Assembly: GCA_051656605.1 (NCBI GenBank)
Contig: JBOGCF010000026.1
Coordinates: 7,148-71,147 of the forward strand
Length of the DNA: 64,000 nucleotides
Direction: 5' to 3'
Source: Tannerellaceae bacterium
Lineage (GTDB): Bacteria > Bacteroidota > Bacteroidia > Bacteroidales > CAMTPD01
Both the position numbers and the translations under genes were made by a program. The notes below the pieces were generated by a model. The model was given only the letters and a program-made list of their open reading frames with translations, was not told where the DNA came from and made no database searches. Shown here piece after piece: positions 63,431 to 64,000 of this stretch (the stretch's first letter is position 1; each line of letters starts with the position of its first letter).

Positions 63431-64000
63431 ATGAAGAGATTCTTATTTTTTGCTATCACAACGCTAACTCTTAGTTTTTCTTTGAGTGCGATAGTATCAA
63501 CAGCCAGTGCGACAACCCCTGTTGTTACTCCATTTCCTAAAATTCCAGAAACAGTAGCCACCTCTACGGTTGCTCCAATTTTACATATTGACTCGCATGA
63601 ATTATATAATCGGATGAATTTATCTTCGAAAATCAATTTCGAGGTCTTTGATTTGGCTATTAAAGGTTATTTGCGTATCAACAAGCGAAAGGAGATTATC
63701 ACTTTAGTCGATTTCTCAAAACCTTCAACTCAAGAACGTTTATATGTATTGGACTTAAAACAGGAGAAGGTTTTGTTTGCTTCCCATGTTGCACATGGGC
63801 GTAATAGTGGACAAAACTTTGCAACTTCTTTTTCCAATAAGAGTGGATCGTATCAAAGCTCATTAGGCTTTTATCTTACAGAAGGTACTTATCAGGGTAA
63901 GAATGGCTATTCTCTTATTTTGGATGGATTGGAAAAAGGAATTAACGATAATGCTCGGGCTCGAGCTATTGTAATGCATGGTGCGAATTATGCGAATCCA
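63431..64000 (+). CDS. Murein L,D-transpeptidase catalytic-domain (YkuD_2-like) protein, 5' portion (runs off the window)
   Basis: Missing from the ORF track because there is no stop in the window. Hand translation gives MKRFLFFAITTLTLSFSLSA...LYVLDLKQEKVLFASHVAHGRNSGQNFATSFSNKSGSYQSSLGFYLTEGTYQGKNGYSLILDGLEKGINDNARARAIVMHGANYANP, open for 190 codons. Confidence 0.8.
   Translation, partial: MKRFLFFAITTLTLSFSLSAIVSTASATTPVVTPFPKIPETVATSTVAPILHIDSHELYNRMNLSSKINFEVFDLAIKGYLRINKRKEIITLVDFSKPSTQERLYVLDLKQEKVLFASHVAHGRNSGQNFATSFSNKSGSYQSSLGFYLTEGTYQGKNGYSLILDGLEKGINDNARARAIVMHGANYANP

Noticed and set aside
63427-63636. 69-aa minus-strand ORF at the right end of the window
   Set aside because: It is the shadow of the + strand YkuD_2-like gene (63431 onward), which has a signal peptide and strong family motifs.

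Overview
The window looks like a Bacteroidota (Bacteroidales-type) chromosomal segment. Evidence: a SusC/SusD pair, lipoprotein signal peptides, BlaR1-TonB fusions, and TAnnTTTG -7 promoter boxes upstream of many genes. I found no transposase, integrase, CRISPR array or rRNA.

Gene content, left to right:
- Complete trpB(partial)-E-G-D-C-F-A operon.
- Porin-like gene plus periplasmic L-asparaginase (ansB) operon, then a ThuA-like protein and a secreted cyclophilin.
- Two tandem BlaI / BlaR1(M56)-TonB_C modules.
- A 0.94-kb non-coding gap built from a phased 22-bp degenerate repeat.
- A minus-strand 2-aminoethylphosphonate (AEP) cluster: porin-like OMP, 12-TM transporter, phnX, phnW, then a DAO-family flavoprotein and an anaerobe-type EtfB / ferredoxin-fused EtfA pair.
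- FAD protein, radA, threonine aldolase, GH92 mannosidase plus MFS transporter, and a stand-alone initiator tRNA-fMet.
- TetR-fabH-fabG-rluA, then yhhQ preceded by a candidate preQ1-I riboswitch.
- M16 peptidase plus cyclophilin, a fimbrillin-like lipoprotein, a SpoU methyltransferase.
- An AraC / GH130 / SusC / SusD / arylsulfotransferase-like locus.
- Two DEAD-box helicases flanking a divergent histidine-phosphatase-like lipoprotein.
- DUF3127, MscS, two small beta-barrel OMPs, an acyl-CoA synthetase, two paralogous lipoproteins, GtrA, and two L,D-transpeptidase-type genes. The last one runs off the window and is missing from the ORF track.

The most interesting candidate is the phnWX-DAO-EtfBA(Fd) block, which may be an ETF-coupled anaerobic aminophosphonate dehydrogenase. 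Secondary leads:
- the 22-bp phased repeat field
- the preQ1-like pseudoknot
- a TGTCTAAG repeat/inverted-repeat element
- a GC-rich palindrome cluster whose hairpins share a loop but have different stems

All functional calls rest on motif recognition by eye and recalled family knowledge. No database search was run.
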